Positions 1 through 11,955 of a stretch of 53,611 bases of DNA are shown in pieces (position 1 is the first letter of the stretch; every line of letters begins with the position of its first letter). Source of the stretch: Paraspadella gotoi. Its lineage: Eukaryota > Animalia > Chaetognatha. The notes under the pieces were generated by a model. The model saw nothing but the letters and a program-made list of their open reading frames with translations, searched no databases and was not told the origin of the DNA. Made by a program: the position numbers and the translations under genes. The DNA is taken from positions 6,197,744 through 6,251,354 of the forward strand of contig CM119270.1 in the NCBI GenBank assembly GCA_051294375.1, in the 5' to 3' direction.

Positions 1-299
1 TATTTCGTCTCTTTGTTTTACTTAATTCCTTTAAAATCACTAATTAAAATAACTCACCCTCTTTTTAAATGATACAAAATGAAGAATGAAAAGGACGAGA
101 TGAATTTAAACACATCAAGATAAGAATAAGAATAAAAAACATACATACTACGACAACAACGACAACGACGACAATTCAATTCTCTCGTCGAATCGACGTT
201 TGTGACCCTCGCACTTTGACAAGACCGACTCGGAGGATGACCCTAAAATGGGAGTCACTTTTGACCCAAAAGAAAAAAAAAAGAATCACTCTTCCCTCA

Positions 300-495
300 N
301 NNNNNNNNNNNNNNNNNNNNNNNNNNNNNNNNNNNNNNNNNNNNNNNNNNNNNNNNNNNNNNNNNNNNNNNNNNNNNNNNNNNNNNNNNNNNNNNNNNNN
401 NNNNNNNNNNNNNNNNNNNNNNNNNNNNNNNNNNNNNNNNNNNNNNNNNNNNNNNNNNNNNNNNNNNNNNNNNNNNNNNNNNNNNNNNNNNNNNN
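300..495. other. Assembly gap (N run)
   Basis: Run of N. Other gaps: 21751-22111, 39491-39515, 45832-46039, 46122-46479, 50792-50816. Confidence 1.
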
Positions 496-540
496 TGACG
501 CGTAATCGCCATTAAAAAAGGATGGGGAAATTTTTGATGA

Positions 541-579
541 TCGTTTTCGTCGTCGTCGTCGTCATCGTCGTCGTTTTCA

Positions 580-610
<31 letters not shown>
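541..610. repeat. (TCG)n microsatellite
   Basis: Imperfect TCG/TCA triplet run; similar runs at ~7683-7715, ~8380-8408, ~14441-14475, ~17760-17790. Confidence 0.9.
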
Positions 611-1078
611 TGCGAGATTGATATTCATCACTCAGATGAAGATTGCGTCGTTGCGTTTCTCGCACCACAAAATCTCGATTCATTTCGAAAAATGTGAATT
701 GTTATAAACTTGTACGTCCTAAAATTGAGTAATCGGTTATAGTTACAATTAAAACACATCTTATCGTATTATTTTGATTATATTATTGAAGGCTATCGTG
801 TAAATACAGTTCCCTGTAAATAGGTAGACACTGTAACCATCAATGTTTGAAACGCCATGTTTATGATTTTATTCCATTTTTCCAACTGATCCTCTTCTCT
901 TTCTCTCTCTCTTGCTTTTCTTCTCTCTCTCTCTCTCTTTTACTGTTTTTATCTTCTCTTTTCCTCCCCCAAAAATATCCCTTCTTGTCAACGGCGAAAC
1001 CCCTCAACCCCCTGGACAGTTATTGCCCCATTCTCAAGCCAATCTATGACATGACCATATTTGGGAATTCACGAATTT

Positions 1079-1124
<46 letters not shown>

Positions 1125-1247
1125 CCCTTTTTTTTTTTTTTCCTTCTTTTTTACCCCCCCCCAATTTGGGAAATGAATTCTGAGGAGGTGACCCGCATGA
1201 AACAGGCCACCCTTGACACGGACCGGATTTTAGGGGCGGATTGGTGA

Positions 1248-1595
1248 AAGGGGGGATGGAAGGGGAGAGGGAGAGGAGAAGAAAGGGAGAGAGGGAGAGG
1301 AGAGAAAGGGAGAGAGGGAGAGGGAGAGAAAGGGAGAGAGGGTAGAGAAAGGAAGAAAGGGAAGAGCGGAGAGGAAAGGGAGAGAAGGGAGAGAGGGAGA
1401 GGGGGGAGCGAAGGGGAGAGAAAGGGAGAGAGGGGAGAGGGATGAGAAAGGGAGAAAGGGTCGAGAGAAAGGGAGAGAAAGGAGAGAAAGGGAGAGGGAG
1501 AGAAGGAGAGAGAGGGAGAGAGGAAGAAAGGGAGGAAGGTAATGAGAAAGGGAGAGAGGAGTGAGGAAGAGAAAGTAGGAGCACAGAGAGAGAAA
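1248..1595. repeat. Polypurine low-complexity tract (degenerate GGGAGAGA/AAAGGGAG)
   Basis: About 350 bp of almost exclusively A/G on the plus strand. Confidence 0.85.
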
Positions 1596-1825
1596 ATAAA
1601 AAAATGATAAACTTTTTTAAAAATAAATGACTGAAAAGCGAAGGATTTGATTGCAATTTTAGGAAAAGTTTTTGGGTAAAACGTGGGAAATTCAATACGA
1701 TTTTGAAAAGTGGTAAATCAGGGGAAAACAGAAAAAAGTTCGGAAGAGGGTATTAGATAGAAGATTAAAAGAACCAAATGTTTAAATAAAAGAGTAGAAT
1801 ATAAAAGATGATAATAACATTTGAA

Positions 1826-1905
1826 ATAAATAATAATAATAATATAATATATATAATAATAATAATAATTAATATAATATAATAATTAATAATAATAATA
1901 ATAAT
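1826..1905. repeat. (TAA)n microsatellite, left flank of the LTR element
   Basis: Imperfect AAT repeats running up to the TG of the LTR. Confidence 0.9.
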
Positions 1906-2623
1906 TGTTCTTGAACTAAGTTCGGAGAGTGGTTTCATTGACTTTTGCTAACTTTTCCGCGGGCTAACTTACGCCAAATAAAGCGTGTATTTGTGGCGTA
2001 AATGGCGCAGAGGGGACGATGGCGCCCGGTCTATGAAGCTCAATAGATGAGGGACGACAAAGTCTCGGCGAAGGCGAAGCCCAGAGTTGTAGAAAGTTAA
2101 AGTGAAGTTAAGAAGGTTTAATAAGGTGAAGTAAAGTAAGGTTAAAGTTAGAAGTCCTGGCAAATTGATAACAAAACAGTTAAGCAAACTCAGCAAATAT
2201 ATAATATAAAGTTTAAAAGAATTTTCTTACTTGTTCTTGAAGCCAAAATAGTAAACAAAAAGTTGCTTCTCTCACAGGAAAGTCCACCAATTCCAGCAAT
2301 TACCAAATAGTTTCTAAAAACTAAAAATTCCGAGTTTTCAGAGAACTGAAAGGTGCAAAGAATGACAGATCATTGGGTTCATTTCGATAAATTGTGTAAT
2401 TAAAAATCCATCGAATCCGATTGAACCAATCAGAATTCCGCCACGGAATCTGTACTTAAAGTATTATATATAAACAAAAAGTCTAAAATAAAAGATGTCT
2501 TCTGTAATCGCTTGAAAAAGCTGGAAATTCTTGCGTCAGTAAAAAGCGACAAAAGAGCATTCGGGAAAAGGTGCGAGAGAAGTAGGGGATTTCTCGTGAT
2601 ATTAAAGATAGTATTTCGTAACA
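1906..2623 (-). repeat. 3' LTR (left copy)
   Basis: Colinear with 6328-7032 from TTGAACTAAGTTCGGAGAGTGG to TATTTCGTAACA; differences are mostly small indels; TG...CA termini. Confidence 0.85.
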
Positions 2624-2633
2624 CCCCCCGCTT
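2624..2633 (-). other. Polypurine-tract-like sequence (AAGCGGGGGG) abutting the 3' LTR
   Basis: Plus strand ACA|CCCCCCGCTT. The position directly upstream of the 3' LTR on the minus strand is where LTR elements carry their PPT. Confidence 0.6.
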
Positions 2634-4620
2634 ATTTGGCATGCAAAAGCATTCCAAATACCTGAGCATGTTCTAGAATAACAATCTAAAATATCCGTTC
2701 GCAGGGGATGGAAAGTAGAGAAGGAAGAAATTTTTAAAATTCTGAGTATGCAAAAAATGCGCCCAGGACTTACTTGTTAAGCCTAAAAAAAACGTGCATA
2801 ATTCCTGTCAAAACAGAAACATCTTCTTATTAAAACCGACGATACGGACAGACGGGCAGCGACGACAGACGGACAACTGACCGGCGTAACCCTCTCCACA
2901 CGCGTTTTAATTTTCAAGTTCAATGACGAGACGAAGGGTTACAAATATTCCAAGTAGATTAAATCGTGCGAGATGGAATAAGTACGATTAAGTCGTAAAA
3001 TCTAATTACTCTTTGACCATAAAACAGATTTTGAAGTTGATGTACGAACGGTTTCACGAAAGGACGGCCGAAGAACGCTCATCTACCCGCAAATCCGCAA
3101 GGCGCCGTGTGACGATAGCGAAAACGTACGACCTGACTCGCAAAATAAAAAAGGAAAAAATTAAAACTTGGAAAACGGCGCGCTTTCGGTTAAGCCGCAA
3201 GACGACGTGAAAACAGAAAACACCTAAAAAACTGGGACTTATTTCTGACATTTAAAACGTTTTGCCGCTAACTGAAAAAGACACCAATTTGAATCCTAGA
3301 AAAAATTTTGACACAAGGGCAGGTGGGGAAATGAAACATTGGGAGCTAAAATATTTCTAAACTGGCTAAAACTGACTATAAACAATTTCAATGATTTTTA
3401 GGGCTAAACTATCTTCAGCGGCATTAATACTATAAATACTCTGAAGCAATACTTAAACATATAGGGCTTAATATCGAAGTTACAAAGGCCGTTATAAACT
3501 GACCCCGCGTGGCCGACTTTGAACTTGATATACTAATTTACTTAGGTTCGAATCGCGAAGACGGTTGCAAACTGACCCCGGTGGCCGATCTCCGGGTCAG
3601 ACATATATTTCAACCGAATCTTTCGACCGGCAGTCAACCGTACGTCATAGAAACGTGAATATTTAATGCAGCGCCGAATTGTAAGGAACAATACGCACCG
3701 CCTGCGACCGATCCGAATTCCAAAATGGAACCGTAAAGGTAAACTCATGCGTTATTGATCCATGGAAGCGATTATACACGCTTTCTGAAATACATCTTTC
3801 GGCCCCCGCAGGAACGAAAATCGGATTTTAAAGTTTAAAAATCGAACTGACTAAGAATGATTTCAACCCGTCAACCTTCAAACGATTCCTGGCGAAGCCA
3901 AAAGGTGAATTTCCCATCTCGAAACAACCGTAACCGAATGACAGTAAAAATCTTCAAAAATTCAAATTTCTCCAGTTGAGATAAAAATCGATCAACGAAA
4001 CGCTTGGGAAGTTCGTCTAGCCAATGGGGATGCTCCTTTAACTTCTTTTGATCCATGCGTCCTCCAACGCAAAGACGTTCACTTGATCAAGAAGTCGAAG
4101 CACAAAGTCGAAACTCGACGCTTTGGGCTTGCTGCTGAAGCGTTTGAAAGGCGAAAATCCGAGCAAAATCACCAAAAAAGACCCGGCGCCCTTGCAGCTG
4201 AGCGGTCGAAGGCTGTCTCAAACGGCGCCGCTTTGGAGGATGGCGCCGTCGTTGATGCCGTGAGACGACAAATGTAGCCGGCGTTTTCGGCAGTTAACGC
4301 CGCAGCGGTATGAACGCCGGAAGTCACGACGCAATCTCTCTTTTTAAAAAAGTCCCTTATCGCGTCGCGCAGAAACTCCTTTTTTTTGACCGGGAGAAAT
4401 TCGGCAGATCGGCGACAGGCGGGCGTCATCGGCCGCCACTCCCACGCCCGCCCCTCCCCGCATTTGATTTTCGATTCCGGCGAAACTTTGTAGGCCGGTT
4501 GAGGCGTTTCTGAAGCATTAAGGTATCGACGAGCTATTGGAGAGAGAACTCAAAACGGGGGAAATTTCGTTGAGTCACGATCCATTCCACTTACGCGCAG
4601 ACAACGCCGGCGTAAGACAA

Positions 4621-5140
4621 TTAAATAGATCTCCCTCGGCGTAGCCAAAGCTCGATATGCTGACCTTGAAAAATCTTTTTCTCTTCTTCTCTCAATTCTT
4701 TCCGTTCTGAACCAAATGCGCGGTCGAATGCAGAGAACGAAGCGTATTTCCATCTCCGTCGCTTCACGCAACTCTCTCTAAAACCGATATCTTTGAAGAT
4801 TTGAAATTTGCTGAAAACAGTGCCTTCTCTCGACGCCGGACGATAAGACGTTTCTTCCAGTCCGGGGCCGTCACGTGGCTCTTGTAAGACGGCACGCTCG
4901 AGATCTGAAGACGCATCCTCGTCGATTCGGTTTCGGCGACAGACGCTCGCTATCCGGGCATCCGCATGAGCAATCGCCATAGCGATGCTTCGGGCGATCT
5001 CCGGAGACGGCGTGGCCGCGTAGACCGTGGCAAATACGAGAGTGGAATGTTGTTGATTCCTTTAGCGCGAAGTGTATCCGTCGACGCCGTGATGACGTCA
5101 AGATGGAAATAAGAACGGACGGCGAAACTTTTATCTTCAA
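4621..5140 (-). pseudogene. Frameshifted gag-like region of the LTR element
   Basis: Overlapping minus-strand frames give ..SYFHLDV..RAKGINN.. then ..LVFATVYAATPSPEIARSIAMAI.., reminiscent of the N-terminal Gag region of some invertebrate Ty3/Gypsy elements (x-GI-T/N...YVVAAL-PE-A pattern). Position and strand fit gag. Recognised by eye only. Confidence 0.35.
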
Positions 5141-6327
5141 GAGTCGGTGGAGCGGGGTAAGAACGGCCGAGCTGGACGCCCGGAATCCGCCGTCGGGATG
5201 GTTTGCAGCCGAAGAATAGGCTTCCGGTAACTTCGGGGTTCACTAAAGACTCCGGCGTCGTCGTCATCCTTGTTGCGACGAATCCAAAAACGTCCTGTCG
5301 ATGCAATGCTTTAACCGATGACGCACGCGGTCGCGACTTGTGATAAGATCAACTCGCAAATTGATGATAGCGGCGCTTCCTATGGGCGCTGTTGAGGCGA
5401 TAGAGAAAATCCGACAGAACTTTCCAACGCCTCATCCTCATCTTCCTGCGGAAGATTGCAGATTGAATTAGTCCGTAGAACACGTTACCTACGCAACTTT
5501 CCACGTTGGTATCCGCTGGTGCTACTCTTACGTCGAGGCGCTAACTGGCTCTATCAAAAGACGCCAAATGAGCCAGAACTGCTGTCGACGTTGAGGATGA
5601 TGAGGAAATTGCTACAGTCCACTAAAGATGGCTCGTCGGGAATAAAGCCAAGTCCGCTTGAAGAAGAGTGTCTCTAAACATCTCGGTGACATTTTGGGAG
5701 AGGTTAGTGTCGGATCGCCGTGAAGTTGTCGATATCTTTCTCGTCCGCCGCACTAGCGCGAATCAAAATTCGACTTACAACAGAACGACGAAGTCAACAA
5801 AAGACGCCGAAAGGGGAGTCCGCTGAAGACAGGCTTTCGGGCGCTCGAAGTTCTCGGGCGACAATATGCTGGCGCCGCTTACGTCTTCCCCATTCCTATT
5901 CGTCGCCGCCGATGGCGCAAAGACGGCGTGAAATCGTAGAAGGCTTCGCGAAGTTCGGTGGCAGCGCAAAAAAACCAAAGACGAAGAAGTAAAAACGAGT
6001 CGAAACCGGACTTCAATCTCACTGCCAATATTCGAGAAAGGAGCGGCGATGCACAATCCGTCAAGTCTCCAAAATACGTTCGACGGCGTCGTCGCTAGTC
6101 GAGGATCCCTAATCGCAATGAAAGCAGTCCCGAAGGCGCCGCCGGATCCTTACGTCCGATGGTGATTGATCCAATCTTCCGTTCATAATGGAATCGTCAA
6201 CTCGCTCGACACCTAGAGATCGTCGCTGGTGGATCTTCTTCCCAACGATCCCGAAGAAACCGTTGAGGCTTAGAGAGCCTTCGACGAAGCACTTGAGCAG
6301 GGGTGATCCGCAAACAAAGACTTCTAA

Positions 6328-7032
6328 TGTTTTTGAACTAAGTTCGGAGAGTGGTTTCATTGAACTTGCTAACTTTTCCCGGGCTAACTCTACGCCAAAT
6401 GAAAGCGTTGGTATTTGTGGCGAATGGCGCAGAGGAGACGATGGCGCCGCGTCTATGAAGCTTCAATAGATTGAGGACGACAAAGGTCTCGGGCCGAAGG
6501 CGAAGCCCAGGAGTTGTAGAAAGTAAAGTGAAGTGAAGAAGTGAAGTAAGGTGAAGTAAAGTAAGGTTAAAGTTAGAAGTCCTGGGCAAAATATAACAAA
6601 ACATTTAATACAAACTCAGCAATATATATATATATAAAGTTTTAAAGAATCTTTCTTGACTTTGTTTCTGAAGCCAAATAGTAACAAAAAGTTGCTTCTC
6701 TCACAGGAAAAGTCCACCAAATCCAGCAATTACCAAATAGTTTCTAAAAACTAAAGATTCCGAGAATTTTCAGAGAACTGAAAGTGCAAGAATGACAGAT
6801 CTATTGGTTTATATCGAATAAATTGTAATTAAAATCGAAATCCGATGAAACCAATCAGAATCCGCCACGGAATCTGTACTTAAGTATATATATAACAAAA
6901 GTCTTAAAATAAAAGATGTCTCTGTAATCGCTGAAAAGCTGGAAATTCTGCGTCAGTAAAAGGACAAAAGAGCATCGGAAAAGGTGGAGAAGCTGGATTT
7001 CTTCGTGATATAAAGATAGTTATTTCGTAACA
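6328..7032 (-). repeat. 5' LTR (right copy)
   Basis: Direct repeat of 1906-2623 with TG...CA termini. Contains (TA)n TATA-like runs, CCAATCAG near 6851 and an AAGTG-type internal repeat at ~6520-6580. Confidence 0.85.
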
Positions 7033-7096
7033 TAATAATAATAATAATAATTAATATAATAATAATAATAATAATAAGAATAATAATTAATAATAT
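7033..7096. repeat. (TAA)n microsatellite, right flank of the LTR element
   Basis: Imperfect TAA repeats starting directly after the terminal CA. Confidence 0.9.
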
Positions 7097-7396
7097 TGAT
7101 GGTATAATACTGAAAATATAAGGAAAAAATCAATAAAAACGAAAAAAAAATGATTTCTAAATCCGCCATACAGTTAAAACGAAAAGGAACCCCCATTCAA
7201 ACGCAAAATTGAGCGTCAAAATCCCAAGCGTCACTTTCACTCCGCGAGGAAGGCGTCGACCTTCCCGGGTCGAGAGGTCAAAGGTTATTCAAGGTCAAAA
7301 TCGGATGAGACTTCTTTAAGCGTCGATGCGGCGTCGCTCGTGTAGTAATGATGTTCTCCACGCCCATCGATTGTGTGCCGTGTGCCATGCACGGGG

Positions 7397-7450
<54 letters not shown>

Positions 7451-7682
7451 AGAATGGAGTTATGAGGATGCTCGTCTTTTTAAGTAGTTAGCCTTTTCAG
7501 CCAATTAAATTGCTCCTTACCTTGCTTCTCTTGGATAGTCATTGGAAAAAGGGAGAGGGAGAGAGAAGAGGAGAAGAAGAGAGAGGAGAGGAGCAGAGAG
7601 AGAGAGAGAGAGAGAAGAAGAGAGAGAGAATGATTGGGCTCCGTCTTAATTCTACTTCAAAGGAGAAAGAGGCGATCGAAGA

Positions 7683-7716
<34 letters not shown>

Positions 7717-7764
7717 CTTTAACGACTTTGCAATTGCGACCTGAAAACGAGTTCGACGCCTGAC

Positions 7765-7968
7765 GGAAACCGGAAATGCCATTCTACAAACCGGAAATGC
7801 CATCTTGTAAACCGGAAACGCCGCTCAGCAAACTTGCAAACCGGTAATGTCTTTTTGTCAGCACCATTCCACCAGCCAGAATGTCATTCTGCAGATTTGC
7901 CATCTTGCAAACCGGAATTTATTTCGTCAAAACGGATTGCCATTCTTTAAACGAAATCGGAAATGCCT
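7765..7968. repeat. Degenerate ~21-bp minisatellite (AAACCGGAAATGCCAT core)
   Basis: AAACCGG(A/T)AA recurs at ~7767, 7788, 7809, 7838 and 7909, with a variant at ~7954; the first three are 21 bp apart. Confidence 0.75.
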
Positions 7969-9075
7969 TAGTTCTAAAGGGAAGCTTAATTTTGAGAAGC
8001 CGATTATTTGAATTCGGTAATTCATGTGTCAGTATGTCATTTCAGCAAACGATCAAACGCCTCATGAATACAATTAATATCTGTAATTAAACATTATGTC
8101 AGCTCTCCTTGGACGTCGTATTGAAGGAATATTATCACTAATGTTACACATTTCTGTTAAGAAATCACGGCATACTAACCATGAGTCTGCGATTTCTGCA
8201 TCTGAATCTTCAAGTCACAGCATCTTTCAAGTCCACGAAAATTTCGCGTCCAGACTCTATCGAAGGGCAGCCGCTTTTAATTAGAAGAGGACGATGACGA
8301 CGACGACGACGAAGAATGGAGACTCCTTTTAAGGTCATTCTCTTTCCGGTTACAACGTCGTTTGCGCTCTGCCTTGTGGTCGTCGTCGTCGTCGTCGTCG
8401 TCGTCGTCTTCATTTTCCTTAAATGACCGGGATTTCTCTAGAAATGAGAGGCGAAAAGGCTAAATTGCCTCAGCAAAGTAATCTGAGAGCCAATTTCTGG
8501 GATATAACCGCTAATTCTACGTGGAAAGCGCAATTAATTGTTTCTGCTACGTCTTGGAAAGTATAAAAGATCGGTCAAAGGAAGCTTGGTGAAAAGATTG
8601 TTGAAAGTTGAAACTGTTAAGATCTGCTATATTGAAAAAAAAAGTTTTTGAACTAATTCATTTTGATACAAACCTTCGACTGTGATTAAATTTAAGGTCT
8701 AAATTACTAGAAGGTCTCTTGTTAAAAAGCCTTTCTATGACTCGAATCATGAAATTGCCAAAAAAGAACAGTTAAAGAAGTTAAAATAATAGTAGCTTAC
8801 AACAGATATAAAGAATTAAATTTAATTAAACGAAAAACTAATTTAAGAACAAAATAGCAAAAAAAGCGAATTAGATGAAAAGTAAAAGAGAGAGAAAGAG
8901 AAAAAGAGAGAGAGAGAAAAAGAGAGAGAGAGCGAGACCGAGAGCGAGTTACTGATTGGTTCGTCCCTTTTCTTCAGAGTGCCCCCTTTTCTTATTAACG
9001 CCCCTTCTCTTTTTAGGCTTTCGGTCGAAGGGACGTCCATTCTTTTAACTTTCAATTTCACGCCTTTTCTGTTCC

Positions 9076-9112
<37 letters not shown>

Positions 9113-9581
9113 ATTTCCCATTCCTTTTCTCTTCTATTTTCTTCTTTCCTTTGTCTCGGCACTGATAAAAACGATGACGATGACGACGACAATGACGACG
9201 TTTCTAGAAAAAAACAGTCAAAGCATAAAAAGCAGACAAATAAGACGAAAAATTGATTAGAGCAGCTTAGTAATTTGACAATCAGACTGACTACGAAGTG
9301 GGCAGACAGTTGGATATTGGAAAATGGATAATCCACTTGTTAATTTCAGAAGAAAAAAAAACAGCCTGAGCAAAGAAGCAAAAGAAATAAACAGAAACTA
9401 GCAAACTCATGAACAGAACTAGTACGACAGAAACATTACCAAAACAAGGACGAAAAGACGACGACGACAACGACGACAGAAACGACGACGACGACAACGT
9501 CCAACAAATCTCTTATATCTCTTCCGTGACAACTTGTTAAACGACGGCCGAAAAAGGAAATCAGCTTTTGTTTTGGTCGTT

Positions 9582-9640
9582 TCGTCGTCGTCTTCGTCGT
9601 CGTCTTCGTCGTCGTCTTCGTCGTCGTCTTCGTCGTCGTC
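9582..9640. repeat. 12-bp tandem repeat (TCGTCGTCGTCT)n
   Basis: About five units visible directly. Confidence 0.85.
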
Positions 9641-10141
9641 TACAACTTCCGCATCCGGGAAAACGTTCGTCCAAATGTCCGCTCGTTCGTCACTCCGTCC
9701 GTACGTCATGTTTGGCAATCAGGGTTCGCTGTCGTCTTTCTGTCAACTCAACTGTCAGTCTGTCACTCTTTCTTGATGAGCACCTTTTTTTTTATGTTAT
9801 GATTCCTAAGACGATTGGACGGATTACTTATGTATAAAAAAAGGTATCATATTCTCTCTCTCTCTCTCTCTCTCTCGTCTCTCTCCTCTCATATCTGTGC
9901 CTCGTCATATCGATCTCGAGACTTCGACTGGGATTCCGACGACAGATCTTTTCCCCCTGGAGAGAGAGCCGACTTATATATTCCTTTGGGCATTTTTCTT
10001 CTCTTTCGGTTCGAGTCCCTCATCACTTTTCATTGTCACCTCACTATCTCTCTCTCTCTCTCTCTCTCTCTTCCTCTCTCTCTCTCTATTCTCCTCTCCT
10101 CTCTCTCTTCCTCTCTCTCTCTATCGCTCTCTCTCATCTCG

Positions 10142-10172
<31 letters not shown>

Positions 10173-10340
10173 TCCACTCCAAAACTTGCTCAACTGTTAA
10201 ATGTGAAATTCACAAACTGATATTCACTCCAAATTTATTTCACGGCTTTTTCGATTTTTTTTTTTAATAAAGAGATTCCTAACCTTTAGAAACATCGCGG
10301 ATGTCGATTGGTCGGATGTCGGATGTCGGTTGGTCGGTCC

Positions 10341-10535
10341 GTCTCTAGAAATATGTAAACAAGACTGAGAGAGAGTCGTGATTGAAAGCTTGCAGGGTCC
10401 GGGTATGTCTTTATCTTTTAAGAGTGATGTAGGCCTTAAACCAACATAGCCCGCCCAAAGCCAGGGGCAAGATAGCATATTTATCAAATGAATGGCTAGT
10501 TTTATATTGGTTGCACCAATTTCATAAGAAATAAT
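10341..10535. repeat. Dispersed repeat with an inverted noisy copy at ~21481-21750
   Basis: The reverse complement contains CCCTGCAAGCTTTCAATCA, AACCAATAT and CATTCATTT in the same order as at 21481-21670. Confidence 0.7.
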
Positions 10536-10627
10536 CCATATAATATAATGATATAATTCCAACCTTTGCCACGCGACACGCGCCACCAAATCACGCGCCA
10601 CCAACTTTCCCCTCCGCATTTCCACAG

Positions 10628-10629
<2 letters not shown>

Positions 10630-10661
<32 letters not shown>
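10630..10661. repeat. (CA)n microsatellite
   Basis: Perfect CA run. Confidence 0.95.
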
Positions 10662-10665
<4 letters not shown>

Positions 10666-11815
10666 AAACCCCAATAAAAAAAGAATCCGAGATACGATTT
10701 GCATAAAAATCGTTATCTGGGTCAACGATCTTTGATGGAACTATCTACCTTTCTACTTTTTCTAAAGCCCGACTAAATCCCTAGGCGACCGGCCTCTCTT
10801 TTCCCCGAGTTCCTTCTCTCCCCCTCTCTCTCTCCCTCCCACATTTCCTACCTCCCTCCCTCCGTCTCTCCCCCTAATCCTCCTCCTCTCTTTCCCTCCT
10901 CCTCCTCTTCCTCCTCCTCATTTTGAGAATATCAATTCGGATTTTTTCATTACCCCGGGGATGTGACCAGAACCGCGGATCGGTGGTGAGGCCCCGGAGT
11001 TTCTCGCTCCTTATTACGGTCGGGGGTTGGGAAAAGTTTTTTTTGAGGCGGGAAGGAGGGTGAAGGGCAGGGATAGAGGAAGAGGGAGAGGAAATGGGAA
11101 AAGCGAAAGAGAGTGGAAGAGAAATGAAAGATGTGAGTGTGAGTTTCTATTTGTATTTATATTTCATTTTTTCCTAAATATTTGTGATTACATAACCCGA
11201 GAGATTACAAATTTGGACTTTTTTTTGAGTAATGAAACTGTAATATAATGTCGAACCTAAAAGTAAATAACAAAAATTTAAAAAAAAATTAAACATGGTT
11301 TTTAATAAAAAAAAAAATTAACTTTGACAAAAAGGGAAAGAAAGAAAGAAAGAAAGAAAAAATGAGTCGGCCCTTAAAAGGTAAGGGTCACAGAATTGGA
11401 ATAAAAGGAAAAAGCCGCTGATAGGGTCAGGTCGACTGAGGTAAGTGAGGCGAGGGATTTGATGAGTCGCGTCTGTGAAATAAATGTCATGACATCTCTT
11501 TGTCATCGTCTTCGTCATTGAATCTGTCAGTTGGAGAAAATGTCATCCCAATCTCGTTTCGGAATCAATTTCAGTTATTAACTGTTTTTATCAAAGATTA
11601 AATCAGATCCTCAACCATTGATCACTCTCTATATATCGGTCTCTCTCTTTCTCTGTCTCTCTCCCTTTCTCTGTCTCTCTCTCTCTTTTTTCTTCTCTTT
11701 CTCTCTCTCTTTTCTCTTACTCTCTCTCACTATTCCCAAGTCGAATTAATATCTTAGGAGGTCATCCACAGGTTTTTTCACCGCGGGTTTATTGCGGTGG
11801 CTCAAAAATAATAAT

Positions 11816-11955
<140 letters not shown>

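Larger units (their letters stand above)
1906..7032 (-). mobile_element. LTR retrotransposon, apparently non-autonomous (gag-like remnant, no recognisable pol)
   Basis: Two ~0.7 kb direct repeats (1906-2623, 6328-7032), each starting TGT and ending TTTCGTAACA. CCCCCCGC immediately inside the left repeat reads GCGGGGGG-TGTTACG on the minus strand (PPT-like, sets the orientation). TAAT lies on both outer sides. Internal region ~3.7 kb. Confidence 0.85.

Noticed and set aside
3496-3570. Intact tRNA gene
   Set aside because: Box-like motifs are present, but I could not form acceptor, D and anticodon stems; kept only as a low-interest finding.
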